In this document: in pieces, positions 29,027 through 38,658 of the stretch
Layout: the number at the start of each line of letters is the position of its first letter
How positions within the stretch are numbered: the stretch's first letter is position 1
Origin: a virus
Virus record (IMG/VR): IMGVR_UViG_2974600762_000001
Span: 39,688-103,687 of that record
DNA: 64,000 nt
Strand: one strand, 5' to 3'
The notes under the pieces: generated by a model
The model's database searches: none
Seen by the model: only the letters and a program-made list of their open reading frames with translations
Told to the model about the DNA's origin: nothing
Made by a program: the position numbers and the translations under genes

Positions 29027-29056
29027 AATGACTGTCTAATAGGCGGTCATTTTTAT
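29027..29056 (+). terminator. intrinsic terminator
   Basis: AATGACTGTCT-aat-AGGCGGTCATT-TTT. Confidence 0.8.
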
Positions 29057-29137
29057 TATGCCTAAAAGGAGGTGGGTATAATACTAACCCCCACTAGGTT
29101 ATTTTAAGAACTATAATACTTAGTTGTAAACTGCCCC

Positions 29138-29260
29138 GATTTATTAGTAATTTTTTCAAAAAGTTTCCCCGAAAATTTTACCCCCACCTCAATATCTGAA
29201 ATTTGCAAATAATAAGTATAATCCTGTCCGGATTTATGAGTAATTTTTTCAAAAAGTTTC
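29138..29260 (+). repeat. 30-nt direct repeat GATTTAT(T/G)AGTAATTTTTTCAAAAAGTTTC (29138-29167, 29231-29260); partial third copy 39951-39972
   Basis: Read directly, 1 mismatch between the first two copies. Confidence 0.85.
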
Positions 29261-29455
29261 TTTTAAAAAATTTATGGGCGTGCTGGTGGGTGAGCAATGG
29301 GCGTGCTAGTGTTGTGCTTGATTGTGATACAAATACAGTTTTAACACCTTATATAGTAGGAAAAATAATTGAAACGATTTTAATAAAAAATGTTGACACT
29401 AACAACGCCTAGCTATATACTATAGTCATTCAAGTAAAGGAGAGGGCGCTACATT

Positions 29456-29653
29456 ATGAACGATAGAGAACCAGCACCAAGCAAAAAGCATAAGTTACCT
29501 AAATGGATAAAGTTACTATTATGGATTGCAGCCTTTTACATTCTATGGAATGCAGGCAAGATGATAGTTGTTTACATTCTATGGTACCCGGGACGAATGC
29601 TATTAATGATAGGGTTAGCGTTATTATTAAGTGGGCTATTCAATAGACACTAG
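29456..29653 (+). CDS. early small membrane protein
   Basis: Own promoter, SD GGAG, two hydrophobic helices. Confidence 0.7.
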   Translation: MNDREPAPSKKHKLPKWIKLLLWIAAFYILWNAGKMIVVYILWYPGRMLLMIGLALLLSGLFNRH

Positions 29654-29728
29654 AAAATAATAAAATAGATGTTGACATGATATGTAATTGATGATATTAT
29701 AAAATAAAAAGTAAAGGGGTTTTATACT

Positions 29729-29899
29729 ATGTTATTCTTTATCAAAATGGTTATTATTGGGGCAATTCTTGGGGGTGTCTTGGAAATTATTAAAGGGCTG
29801 ATTAATGCCATTGTAAAAAATGATGATACGGCTAAAACATTAAACGGGTATGTTACTGCAATCGGATGGCTTGTAATAATTTATGTATCTATCTTTTAA
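29729..29899 (+). CDS. early small membrane protein, 56 aa (not in ORF track)
   Basis: MLFFIKMVIIGAILGGVLEIIKG...; SD AAGGGG; promoter at about 29672. Confidence 0.6.
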   Translation: MLFFIKMVIIGAILGGVLEIIKGLINAIVKNDDTAKTLNGYVTAIGWLVIIYVSIF

Positions 29900-29905
29900 G
29901 GGGGT

Positions 29906-30208
29906 ATGATAATGATTATTAATAAAAGTAATACTGGAAATTTCAAGTTTCAATCCTATGACGGCCGAACATATAACCGGCCTAAAATTCTACACCGACA
30001 AGCCACAGAACTATATAATAGGGGCTTGCAGTACGTTTTAAGAGGTTTTAAACCTCTAAAGGATAACGGGGTTATAATTGCTTTCAATCCAACACCGGAA
30101 CAAGTAGTGAACTACGTTGATACTACTAATTATAGTAGCTACTGGCTAGAGATTGCACGGCCATTAGGTGGGAAAATCAAGGTTAAAAAAGTTTCATTAT
30201 ATGGTTGA
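29906..30208 (+). CDS. early hypothetical protein
   Basis: SD AAGGGG. Confidence 0.65.
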   Translation: MIMIINKSNTGNFKFQSYDGRTYNRPKILHRQATELYNRGLQYVLRGFKPLKDNGVIIAFNPTPEQVVNYVDTTNYSSYWLEIARPLGGKIKVKKVSLYG

Positions 30209-30266
30209 CTATAAAATAGTATAATGCTATGATACACATGTAACGTAATCAAGGAACAAAATAAAT

Positions 30267-30282
30267 TGTTTCACGTGAAACA
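30267..30282. promoter_or_regulatory. parS: parS site (ParB/Spo0J binding)
   Basis: TGTTTCACGTGAAACA, perfect match to TGTTNCACGTGAAACA, inside a 22-bp palindrome. Confidence 0.85.
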
Positions 30283-30303
30283 ATTGAAAGAAAGTGATAT
30301 ATT

Positions 30304-30711
30304 GTGAAATTTAAAGAATTTATGAACCATGGTAAAACTGAGAATGATATTAAGCAAGACATTTATAAGTATGGTAAACAATTGGATACGATTGGAAAGC
30401 CGGCAAACAGCTATATGCAATTATACAAGGTACAACAGTATGATAGCGGACGGCGGGCGGTGAACCTTGGTACTTATAACATGTATTTTAGAAACATTGC
30501 AGAACTAAACTTATATCGCAAACCCTTGGTCAAGTTAGTGAGTGATGGAATTGACTATGTGTTATATTTTCAGATTATTCAGCAGGCTATTTTAATGGAT
30601 AACAAGCGAAATGTAAAACTAGTAACAAAACCATCATTCTCGGACTTTTTGGGGGTTGATGATGATTTAACAAATTTATTTCAAAATACGCTTGACAAGT
30701 TGCGAGAATAA
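30304..30711 (+). CDS. early hypothetical protein
   Basis: GTG start, own promoter. Confidence 0.65.
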   Translation: MKFKEFMNHGKTENDIKQDIYKYGKQLDTIGKPANSYMQLYKVQQYDSGRRAVNLGTYNMYFRNIAELNLYRKPLVKLVSDGIDYVLYFQIIQQAILMDNKRNVKLVTKPSFSDFLGVDDDLTNLFQNTLDKLRE

Positions 30712-30750
30712 CCGTATGCTATAGTTATTCAAGTAAAGGAGGTTATAGAA

Positions 30751-30828
30751 GTGGCTACATTAAAATTAGTATTTATTATTGTAATTGCTATCTATGCTTA
30801 TAAAAAGTATAAAGACAATCAGAAATAA
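30751..30828 (+). CDS. 25-aa membrane peptide (MATLKLVFIIVIAIYAYKKYKDNQK)
   Basis: SD GGAGG, GTG start. Confidence 0.5.
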   Translation: MATLKLVFIIVIAIYAYKKYKDNQK

Positions 30829-30905
30829 AGTTTAAAAAGTTCTTGACAGGCTAGTAACTAAGGTATATAATTAAGTCATTAAACAAGAAAAGGAAGTTAT
30901 ACATT

Positions 30906-31175
30906 ATGAAAACTTTAGATACATTTGAATTACAACCACAGCTTGACAACGCACAATCATTCTACAAAAAGGCTTACACCTTGCATAATAATGACGGTAG
31001 TATTGATTTAAAGTCGTATGACACAATCGTAGCAACCTTTAAAGCTGGTATCATTACCGTTAACGACACGTATTCAGCTACCACGTTACGCCACATTAAG
31101 GAATTTATTTATCAGACTACTGGTGTTAGTGGATTATCTAAAAAGGATATTGAAAAGGATTACCAAGCAAACTAA
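30906..31175 (+). CDS. early conserved phage protein
   Basis: SFYKKA...LKSYDTIVA...YSATTLRHIKEF pattern; own promoter. Confidence 0.75.
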   Translation: MKTLDTFELQPQLDNAQSFYKKAYTLHNNDGSIDLKSYDTIVATFKAGIITVNDTYSATTLRHIKEFIYQTTGVSGLSKKDIEKDYQAN

Positions 31176-31257
31176 TAACTAATTCAAAATACTGGTTGAC
31201 AATCTGCAATAGATATGTTAAACTAATTATAACAAATAAAGAAAGAGGTTTTACATT

Positions 31258-31500
31258 ATGACAACAATTGATAACTTAGAGGATAACGCAATTACCTTAG
31301 TAGGTCGTTTGGTACAGGTTGACCAGTCTCTCGATGAGTACGCTGGCATGATTGGCCGTGTGCTAAAGCCGGATAATCTTGAAAATGAGGTTATCGTTGA
31401 CTTTACTGATAGTCCTTTTGTTAATGCACAAGTTAAGGGTGAGTACCTTGGTGAGGTTAGTGAACAGGTTATGGACTTGTTTCCCCTTGATGAGCTTTAA
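31258..31500 (+). CDS. early acidic small beta-barrel-like protein
   Basis: Own promoter, SD GAGG. Confidence 0.7.
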   Translation: MTTIDNLEDNAITLVGRLVQVDQSLDEYAGMIGRVLKPDNLENEVIVDFTDSPFVNAQVKGEYLGEVSEQVMDLFPLDEL

Positions 31501-31596
31501 AAATATGTATTGACAGTAATAACTAGACATGATACTATTAAAGAGTACCAAGATGGTAACAGAACAGAAAAACATTTAACCTTAGGGGGTTATATT

Positions 31597-31899
31597 ATGG
31601 CCGCACATTTCAGCGAATTAAATTCTTTAATTGACCTTTTGTATCATAACAACGATGTTATTGGGGACACTAAGGTAACAAGTATTCATAAAGGTAGTTT
31701 CAATGAGTATGAGGGTTACCAGTATTGTATTGGTATCAAGATTGTTACACTACCTAAGTTTAAAAACAAGCAATTTATGTGGGACACCAATTCAACATAC
31801 ATTTGTGATTTTCTACCGGATAAGGACTTAACGGAAAAGGGAGAAAAAGAGTTTATCATTGACGGGTTACAAGATGTGTTTGCAAGTGCCTTAGACTAG
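31597..31899 (+). CDS. early hypothetical protein
   Basis: SD GGGGG before ATG 31597. Confidence 0.65.
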   Translation: MAAHFSELNSLIDLLYHNNDVIGDTKVTSIHKGSFNEYEGYQYCIGIKIVTLPKFKNKQFMWDTNSTYICDFLPDKDLTEKGEKEFIIDGLQDVFASALD

Positions 31900-31926
31900 C
31901 AAGACCCGTGGGATAACTAGTATAAA

Positions 31927-31942
31927 TGTTTCACGTGAAACA
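31927..31942. promoter_or_regulatory. parS: parS site
   Basis: TGTTTCACGTGAAACA. Confidence 0.85.
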
Positions 31943-31976
31943 TTACTTGATAAAATAAATTAAGGAGATTTTAAAA

Positions 31977-32225
31977 ATGAAATTAGAAAAAGCAATTGAA
32001 CTATTACAAGGTGATACTTTTGACATGGAAGAAGCATTCTACTCTGAATTGGGTGGTGACGTAACTGCTGAATATATGCTTACAGTAACTGACGCTGAAA
32101 CCCTTATTAATGAACTTGAAATTGACTTATCAAGTATTGATGATTATAATGCCCTACATGATGAGGTTGAAGAGAGTTTGTATGATAACATGGACGGCGG
32201 TGTTGACGGTGTAAGCCGGGATTAA
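31977..32225 (+). CDS. early highly acidic protein
   Basis: 24 D/E versus 3 K/R in 82 aa by hand count; SD AAGGAG. Confidence 0.75.
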   Translation: MKLEKAIELLQGDTFDMEEAFYSELGGDVTAEYMLTVTDAETLINELEIDLSSIDDYNALHDEVEESLYDNMDGGVDGVSRD

Positions 32226-32234
32226 AGTGTAAGG

Positions 32235-32262
32235 GGCTAGCTTAATAGGCTAGTCTTTTTTA
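32235..32262 (+). terminator. intrinsic terminator; near-identical copies at 36966-36993 and 37761-37786
   Basis: G(G/A)CTAGC-ttaatag-GCTAGTC plus T-run. Confidence 0.85.
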
Positions 32263-32472
32263 TTATCTGTTTAACGTCAATACACGCCTATACTTTCAAT
32301 TCTAACTGTGATTATAGCTAGTTATACTGGATTAGCTTAAAACGTCTTAAAACGGCTTATATGGCCTTGTAGCTGTATAGCAAAATAAACTAAATTATTT
32401 TGATTTAGCTGTTGACAGCTATGGATAATATTGTTATACTTGGTTTATTCAATAAGGAGAGGTCGTTATACA

Positions 32473-32607
32473 ATGATTATTATCAGCATGGAAACATTGC
32501 CTAAAATTATCGAACTAGCACTTGCAGTCTACGGGGGTATCAAACTAGTTGACAAGTTGTTCCCTAGTATTAAGCAATCAAAATTCTTTCAAAGTTTTTT
32601 CAATTAA
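32473..32607 (+). CDS. early 44-aa peptide (not in ORF track)
   Basis: Promoter 32412, SD GGAGAGG. Confidence 0.55.
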   Translation: MIIISMETLPKIIELALAVYGGIKLVDKLFPSIKQSKFFQSFFN

Positions 32608-32670
32608 ACTATTGACATTTAAATTCACTGAGCCTATAATTAGGTTATTAAGTAAAGAGAGGTTATTATC

Positions 32671-33099
32671 ATGAAAATGGATATTACATTAAACATTGAA
32701 TTATACAAGGACGGCACGGTTATGCTAGATAATTGCAGTAGCGAACGGACTTATGAGAGTGGTACAGTTAAGTTCACGGGGACAATTGATGGGCGGCGCA
32801 AGACCTTTAACCCTATGGAAACAATGGAAAAAGCAGGACTAGTTACCACCAAGCACGATGAGAGTATGTTCCCTGATTATAAGGCTACTAGCAAGCTATA
32901 TAAGGCGTTTAATAGCACCGGCTTAGTTTTAGGCTTTACAGATAATATCAGCACTAGAGAACGCTTAAATAGCATTATAAAGGAAACTGGTGTAAGCCAA
33001 CAGCAAGCATTCACGAATTTAAAGAATGCAGGCGTTATAGCTGTAGCGGACGCATACCAGTTAAGTGATAAAGAATTAAAAACAATTATTTTAAAATAG
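32671..33099 (+). CDS. early hypothetical protein
   Basis: Own promoter, SD GAGG. Confidence 0.7.
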   Translation: MKMDITLNIELYKDGTVMLDNCSSERTYESGTVKFTGTIDGRRKTFNPMETMEKAGLVTTKHDESMFPDYKATSKLYKAFNSTGLVLGFTDNISTRERLNSIIKETGVSQQQAFTNLKNAGVIAVADAYQLSDKELKTIILK

Positions 33100-33165
33100 T
33101 TGTTGACAGACTAGCAACTAAGGTATACAATTAAGACATTAAATAAGAAAAGGAAGTTATACATT

Positions 33166-33555
33166 ATGGCAACTAAAATTAGTGAATTAGAAAGCCTTAC
33201 ACAGAAGCACTTTGATACAATCATTGACCTAGCTAACAGTTTTAAGGATAACAACCCTTACAAGCAAGAGTTTGTCAGTCATTTATTATATGATTACTTG
33301 TATGACGTTAACGCTATTTGCCGTGAAACAACAGTACAAGAGACTGCTGAGCGGTTAGGCGGATTGCGGGCGTATAGACAAGCCCTAGCGTTTGACCTAG
33401 AACATTTAGATTTAATCATTAAAATTGCTAGTCGGGTATTTGATGATAACCTTGATAGTATCATGAGCTACTCTAATAACCCTACGGAAACCATAGACAT
33501 TACACAAGACTATTTAAACGACTTTTATGAAATTTATAACGAATATTTAAAATAG
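33166..33555 (+). CDS. early hypothetical protein
   Basis: Own promoter and leader. Confidence 0.7.
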   Translation: MATKISELESLTQKHFDTIIDLANSFKDNNPYKQEFVSHLLYDYLYDVNAICRETTVQETAERLGGLRAYRQALAFDLEHLDLIIKIASRVFDDNLDSIMSYSNNPTETIDITQDYLNDFYEIYNEYLK

Positions 33556-33620
33556 TTGTTGACAAGTTAGAACATTATTGCTATAATTAAGACATTAAAT
33601 AAGAAAGAGGTATTTACATT

Positions 33621-34130
33621 ATGGGATATACAGATGGAGTAGCAAAATCAATGAGTGAAGCAAGTGCACAAGGTAAGCTGTTTTTAATTGACAGCTTTAC
33701 TTACAAGGATAGCAATTACAACCCTGATGACTTGGACGGTGAAGCATTATCAGACTTTTTAGACCAAAAAGTGGACTTAGATTATACCGATTATGTTGAG
33801 TTGCTTAGAGATGGTTACGCTTATGACGGTGAAAGTAATGAGATTAACTTAACCGAAAATAAAGATGGCTTTACAGTCAATGTATATCAATCTGCATTAG
33901 CTTTTATTGATGATAATAGTCAAGGCGGCCTGTATTATATCTTTGATGAAACTAAAGAATTGTTAGGGGCTAGAATGGGTGTTTGTGGTGAGCATATTGG
34001 AAGTGTTTCAGTATGGCTAGACACTACGACCCCACAAGCTACCTTAACACAAGGCAATGAGGTTTATCACTTAACTAGTGAAGATACTGATGATATTAAC
34101 GAGGGACTAAGCGAATTGTTTTATGATTAA
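33621..34130 (+). CDS. early acidic protein
   Basis: Own promoter, D/E-rich. Confidence 0.7.
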   Translation: MGYTDGVAKSMSEASAQGKLFLIDSFTYKDSNYNPDDLDGEALSDFLDQKVDLDYTDYVELLRDGYAYDGESNEINLTENKDGFTVNVYQSALAFIDDNSQGGLYYIFDETKELLGARMGVCGEHIGSVSVWLDTTTPQATLTQGNEVYHLTSEDTDDINEGLSELFYD

Positions 34131-34227
34131 TTTAAAATAAGTTATAAAAAGTCTTGACATAGAATAGCAGTAATGTTATTCTATATACATAAGTTAAAAC
34201 AATAAATAAGAAAAGAGATAATACATT

Positions 34228-34500
34228 ATGAAAACTGTTAATAAAGCATTGTTTACTGATGAGACGGGCCGCACGTATAGCCAGACCTTTTATGACTTAC
34301 AAGACGAAGCTGAGGGCTTAGCTATGTTACAGCACTATACAGGTACTGAAGACGAAATAGATGAGCAAGAGAATGAGTATGCTTTATCTTATTTATCTGA
34401 TTGTTATCGTGCTTGTGAAAACGTGCCAGAAATCAATGAAGATGAGTGCATTGATTTTCATCAATGGCTTGATTGGTTGCAATATGGTTATTTTAAATAA
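34228..34500 (+). CDS. early acidic protein
   Basis: Own promoter, D/E-rich. Confidence 0.7.
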   Translation: MKTVNKALFTDETGRTYSQTFYDLQDEAEGLAMLQHYTGTEDEIDEQENEYALSYLSDCYRACENVPEINEDECIDFHQWLDWLQYGYFK

Positions 34501-34571
34501 AATAACCATTGACAAGTTAAGACATTACTGCTATAATTAAGACATTAAATAAGAAGAGGAGTTAATACATT

Positions 34572-34889
34572 ATGAAAACAGTAAAAGTAGCAAACAACAT
34601 GCAGTTATTTGATGATGACGGTTACCACTATAACAGGTGCTTAACTCTTGATATTAAGTCATTTAATAAATTCTTGACCAATATTAACCAACTTTTACAA
34701 CACGAAAAGGGCTATTCTAGTGATAGAACTTGGCTAGAATGCTTGCCTACCGAGCAACTAGAAAAGGGTATCTTAACACTCACCTTAACGCAAGCACGGT
34801 ATCTAATTCAGTGGTTAAAAAGCAATGGTTATGTTTTTAAAGGACACAAAATTAAAAGTGAAGTAAACACGGTTGTAAAATTATTTTAA
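34572..34889 (+). CDS. early hypothetical protein
   Basis: Own promoter, SD GAGGAG. Confidence 0.7.
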   Translation: MKTVKVANNMQLFDDDGYHYNRCLTLDIKSFNKFLTNINQLLQHEKGYSSDRTWLECLPTEQLEKGILTLTLTQARYLIQWLKSNGYVFKGHKIKSEVNTVVKLF

Positions 34890-34960
34890 GATAATTGTTG
34901 ACAAGTTAGAGATTAAGATATATAATTAAGACATTAAATAAGAAAAGGAAGTAATACATT

Positions 34961-35254
34961 ATGACAGCAAGTGAAAAATTAGTAGAATTACTTGAAAACG
35001 ATAAATTGACTGACGACCAATTAGACAACTTGAACAGCTGGGGTATTCTAACCGTGTCAGAGTTGAGAGAGTATCTAATTGACTTAATTAGTGAATTGAA
35101 AAATGAAGCTATTAGTGTTTCATATGAAGAAGCTGTTTGTGCATTATCTGATTTACTTGATTATAGTGATGATGGTGAGTATATCATTTATGATGAAACT
35201 GGTGTAACTAAATTAGATTTTGATACCTTAGATGACGTTTTAGATGTTGATTAG
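34961..35254 (+). CDS. early highly acidic protein
   Basis: About 27 D/E versus 5 K/R in 97 aa. Confidence 0.75.
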   Translation: MTASEKLVELLENDKLTDDQLDNLNSWGILTVSELREYLIDLISELKNEAISVSYEEAVCALSDLLDYSDDGEYIIYDETGVTKLDFDTLDDVLDVD

Positions 35255-35270
35255 AGAAGAGAGAACTAAA

Positions 35271-35639
35271 ATGAAATTATATAAATTATTGATTACTATT
35301 GTTGCCGGGGTTACATTGTCCCTAGTTACTGCATATAAGGCTGATGCTAGCCGGCCTAATTATGCGTATACCTTAACACGGACTAAGCACGCTGTTAAGC
35401 TTACCAATACCGGACGAACTGAAAACATGTACCGCGTAACGGTTAAAACTGGAAAAGCTGTAAAGTGGTATTATATGGCGCTAAACGCTAAACAGTCATG
35501 GACGGTGAAACAGCCTAACAAGTATAGCGTTACTGTTCGGCGGGTTTCTAAGAATGATGAGAAGCGCAATGCAGACCCGCGCAATCACTTTACACCAGTA
35601 GGAATCCGTAGCACTCAACGAACACTATGGAATCGTTAG
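35271..35639 (+). CDS. early basic secreted protein
   Basis: Signal peptide MKLYKLLITIVAGVTLSLVTAYKADA; K/R/T-rich mature part. Confidence 0.65.
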   Translation: MKLYKLLITIVAGVTLSLVTAYKADASRPNYAYTLTRTKHAVKLTNTGRTENMYRVTVKTGKAVKWYYMALNAKQSWTVKQPNKYSVTVRRVSKNDEKRNADPRNHFTPVGIRSTQRTLWNR

Positions 35640-35663
35640 AATAGAATAATTGGGGGAATTTAA

Positions 35664-35948
35664 ATGAAAATTAATGACAACCATAATGATGACTGGAAAC
35701 TCGGGGCTGTTTTATATGATAATATTTCTAAAAATTACTATTTAATTGCAAGCTACAAGCACGAAATAGGATTAGTTAATTTAAAAAGCGGGATTTCTAT
35801 GCTATCTCATACTCATGATGAATATCGTGCTATCATTAGCTCGGATAGTTCCAATAAAAACGTGGTAAAGCAAATTTTGAAACATCACAATGGAAAAGAA
35901 GATTTAGTTAAAATTGACAGTGCTTGCTTGCATATTTATTGTATGTAA
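35664..35948 (+). CDS. early small beta-domain protein
   Basis: WKLGAVL...YYLI...IGLVNLKSG pattern; SD GGGGG. Confidence 0.65.
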   Translation: MKINDNHNDDWKLGAVLYDNISKNYYLIASYKHEIGLVNLKSGISMLSHTHDEYRAIISSDSSNKNVVKQILKHHNGKEDLVKIDSACLHIYCM

Positions 35949-35991
35949 GCTATTAGGTATTACATTAAATAATAAAAGGAAGTTATATATT

Positions 35992-36246
35992 ATGAAAAAG
36001 CAAGACGCATTAGACGCACTAGACGGCATGACTTATTTATTAGGGGACGTTGCATTCTCTGACGCACTTGGGCGTGATGTCAACTTTGAGTACACTGGAT
36101 ACGTAGACGAACCACAAGCGTTATTAGATTGTTTAGGAATTGACTATAATAACTATGAAAGTGAATCCGAGTTGTTAAACGCTGTGGAAAGTGCTGTTGA
36201 TGATTGGGATATTTCAGAACGGTTAGACGGTATGGAACTAGCATAA
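35992..36246 (+). CDS. early acidic protein
   Basis: SD AAAGGA before ATG 35992. Confidence 0.7.
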   Translation: MKKQDALDALDGMTYLLGDVAFSDALGRDVNFEYTGYVDEPQALLDCLGIDYNNYESESELLNAVESAVDDWDISERLDGMELA

Positions 36247-36263
36247 TTGGAGGAATTTAAAAA

Positions 36264-36434
36264 ATGGGATTTACTGAAGCTTTAACAATTGTATTTGTAG
36301 TATGTAAGTTATTAGGTATTATTACTTGGTCATGGTGGCTAGTATTATTACCTGAAATTATTGCCGGTGTATTTTATCTACTGTTTTTAATTGGTTTTGT
36401 TGGACTATCTATATGGGCAATTTTTAGAGATTAA
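36264..36434 (+). CDS. 56-aa phage membrane protein (not in ORF track)
   Basis: LTIVFVVCKLLGIITWSWWLVLLP motif; SD GGAGG. Confidence 0.7.
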   Translation: MGFTEALTIVFVVCKLLGIITWSWWLVLLPEIIAGVFYLLFLIGFVGLSIWAIFRD

Positions 36435-36509
36435 TTAGGTAAAAGGGGTTGACAGCTATAACCTAGTTTGCTATAATTAGGTTATTCAATCGAAAAGGGG
36501 ATTTTAAAC

Positions 36510-36947
36510 ATGGAAAATATTGAACTGAAAGACAATTTTGAGGATTATGTAGTTAACGAATTGGTGAATAAGCTACATGAAGTGAAACCAGAAGACTATG
36601 AAAGCCTTAATGGTGAACCTATTGATGTTGATGAGTTACTTGATATGTTACTTGAAGACGAATACGAAAATGGCTGTTACTACATTTATACCAAAGACAG
36701 CGAAAAGGTATTCAAAAAGTATTTCAAGGATATTTTATACATCTGTAATACTTTTGGGTATACTGATGGTTTACCAATTGAACTGGAAGCAAGCAATCTA
36801 TTATTAACAGCTATTCACTATGTTTTTGAAACCTTGCTGGAAACAACCGTAACATCTTACACCAAGTTTACCCGTGCTGGTCTTGATATGATTGCCGACC
36901 GCATTGCTGGTATTATTCATGATAACCTTACTCAATTGATTTACTAA
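36510..36947 (+). CDS. early acidic helical protein
   Basis: Own promoter, SD GGGG; D/E-rich. Confidence 0.7.
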   Translation: MENIELKDNFEDYVVNELVNKLHEVKPEDYESLNGEPIDVDELLDMLLEDEYENGCYYIYTKDSEKVFKKYFKDILYICNTFGYTDGLPIELEASNLLLTAIHYVFETLLETTVTSYTKFTRAGLDMIADRIAGIIHDNLTQLIY

Positions 36948-37061
36948 TTATGATAAGTAACTATGGACTAGTCTATCATGGCTAGTCTTTTTTGTCTATT
37001 GACAATCCATATAAAGGCTGGTATACTTTAATTATTGAGAAACAAGTAAATATCTCAAAAA

Positions 37062-37077
37062 TGTTTCACGTGAAACA
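37062..37077. promoter_or_regulatory. parS: parS site
   Basis: TGTTTCACGTGAAACA, 15 nt upstream of the -35 box at 37092. Confidence 0.85.
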
Positions 37078-37153
37078 ATTTAAAATAATGGTTGACAAGT
37101 TAGGATATAGGGTATATACTTAGGTCATTAAATAAGGAAAGAGGAATTACATT

Positions 37154-37735
37154 ATGAAATTAGAATTAAACCTTAAAAATCAGGACGCTTACACCGTTGA
37201 GGATATCCAAGCTAGTATGTTAGTTTTAGCCGGTGAACTTGGTAAGCTTGGCTACTGCTTAGATGGTCTATCATATAATACAGATACCCCGATTAACGGA
37301 TTACCACTTAAAAACGCCCGTGCTGATAAGCGTTTAAGCATTGAATCCAACCTAGATAAAAGCTTTGTTTACTCTGATAATAGGGAAATAGAGACGATAA
37401 CCATTGATGCAACGGCGGCCGGTGTTAATACACGTTTAGTTACTCTTGCCTACGTAAGATATAACCGCATGTTAACGACCAACTTTAGTTATGCTGTATC
37501 TATGGTTGAAAAGATTGCAAAGCGCCGACACAATCGCTTTAGCTATAGTAACCGCCGGCGTATTCCAGTTACCAAAAGCAATGTAAAATTAGTTCGTGGT
37601 ATTAAAGGATTTAAAACAGCTAAATTAGATGATATTGCTTTATATGTTTCTGATTTATGGGACATGGATAGCAAGCGTTATACACTGGAAAACATCAAGA
37701 CAGGAACTGAAAAGACCTTTACTTTAAACCGATAA
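37154..37735 (+). CDS. early basic hypothetical protein
   Basis: Own promoter, SD GAGG. Confidence 0.7.
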   Translation: MKLELNLKNQDAYTVEDIQASMLVLAGELGKLGYCLDGLSYNTDTPINGLPLKNARADKRLSIESNLDKSFVYSDNREIETITIDATAAGVNTRLVTLAYVRYNRMLTTNFSYAVSMVEKIAKRRHNRFSYSNRRRIPVTKSNVKLVRGIKGFKTAKLDDIALYVSDLWDMDSKRYTLENIKTGTEKTFTLNR

Positions 37736-38658
37736 AACAGGATTAATCAAGATATTTATGGACTAGCTTAATAGGCTAGTCTTTTTGTATGGTCATTAAA
37801 TAGCATGTATATAAGCCATGTATAGACAGTTACGTATATAGGGGTAGTATAGGTGCATATATAGGTAGTAGGCAATACAGGGGCAATATACATTAGTAGA
37901 CACTGTATGGATATACGTTAACGGGTAATATGCTTAGTAGCCTAAGGTTCACCTATCTTACTAATAATATTACAGTATACAGACAGCCTAGTTACTTGAC
38001 CGACTAACCAATCACGTATAATGGTAGCTGATTACTTAATCACTGTACTAACTAACCAATATGCAATTGTATCGTGCTGGTTTATATCAACTTATTATGG
38101 TTACACATATAGGCTACCTATATACGGCTTATATATGGGCGTGTAGTAATAGTTAGTCATATATAGGTGTAATTATACTGGTATCCATATAAACGGCTTA
38201 GAATGGCTGCTAGGGGCTTATATGGGAATCCTGTATTGGTAGCCTATTACTGCATACAAAAATAACCCTATATACTTTCATATAGGGGTTGACCAGTGGC
38301 TATATACATGTTATAATTAGTTATACAATAAAAGAGGGGGTAAAGATAAAACTACATAGTACGGTCAACATGGCTACATAGTCCAAAAGCCTTACTAGTT
38401 CTGTACGGGGAGTGTATACTTTTTTAAAAATTAAGACTAGACTTCCCTAATCATATCCGGTATAGCTTAGACCGTGTAGCTGTGGTGCTGTCACTATTAA
38501 GTTGTTATTAACCTCCTTTACTTTATATATTAAGTATACAGCTATATAGGGTAAATGTCAACCCTTTTAGCAAATTAAATAAACTTAATTTAGGGGTTGC
38601 ATTCTATGTCCTATCTTGGTATAATTGGGTTATTCAATAAGGAAAGAGGAATTACATT

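Noticed and set aside
29203-29412. 69-aa TTG-start ORF in the left boundary region
   Set aside because: It spans the repeat module and the next promoter; no SD.
35941-36321. 22-nt near-duplicate gtatgtaagYtattaggtatta in a leader (35941) and inside the 36264 CDS (36300)
   Set aside because: Single pair, same strand, AT-rich; no mechanism supported.
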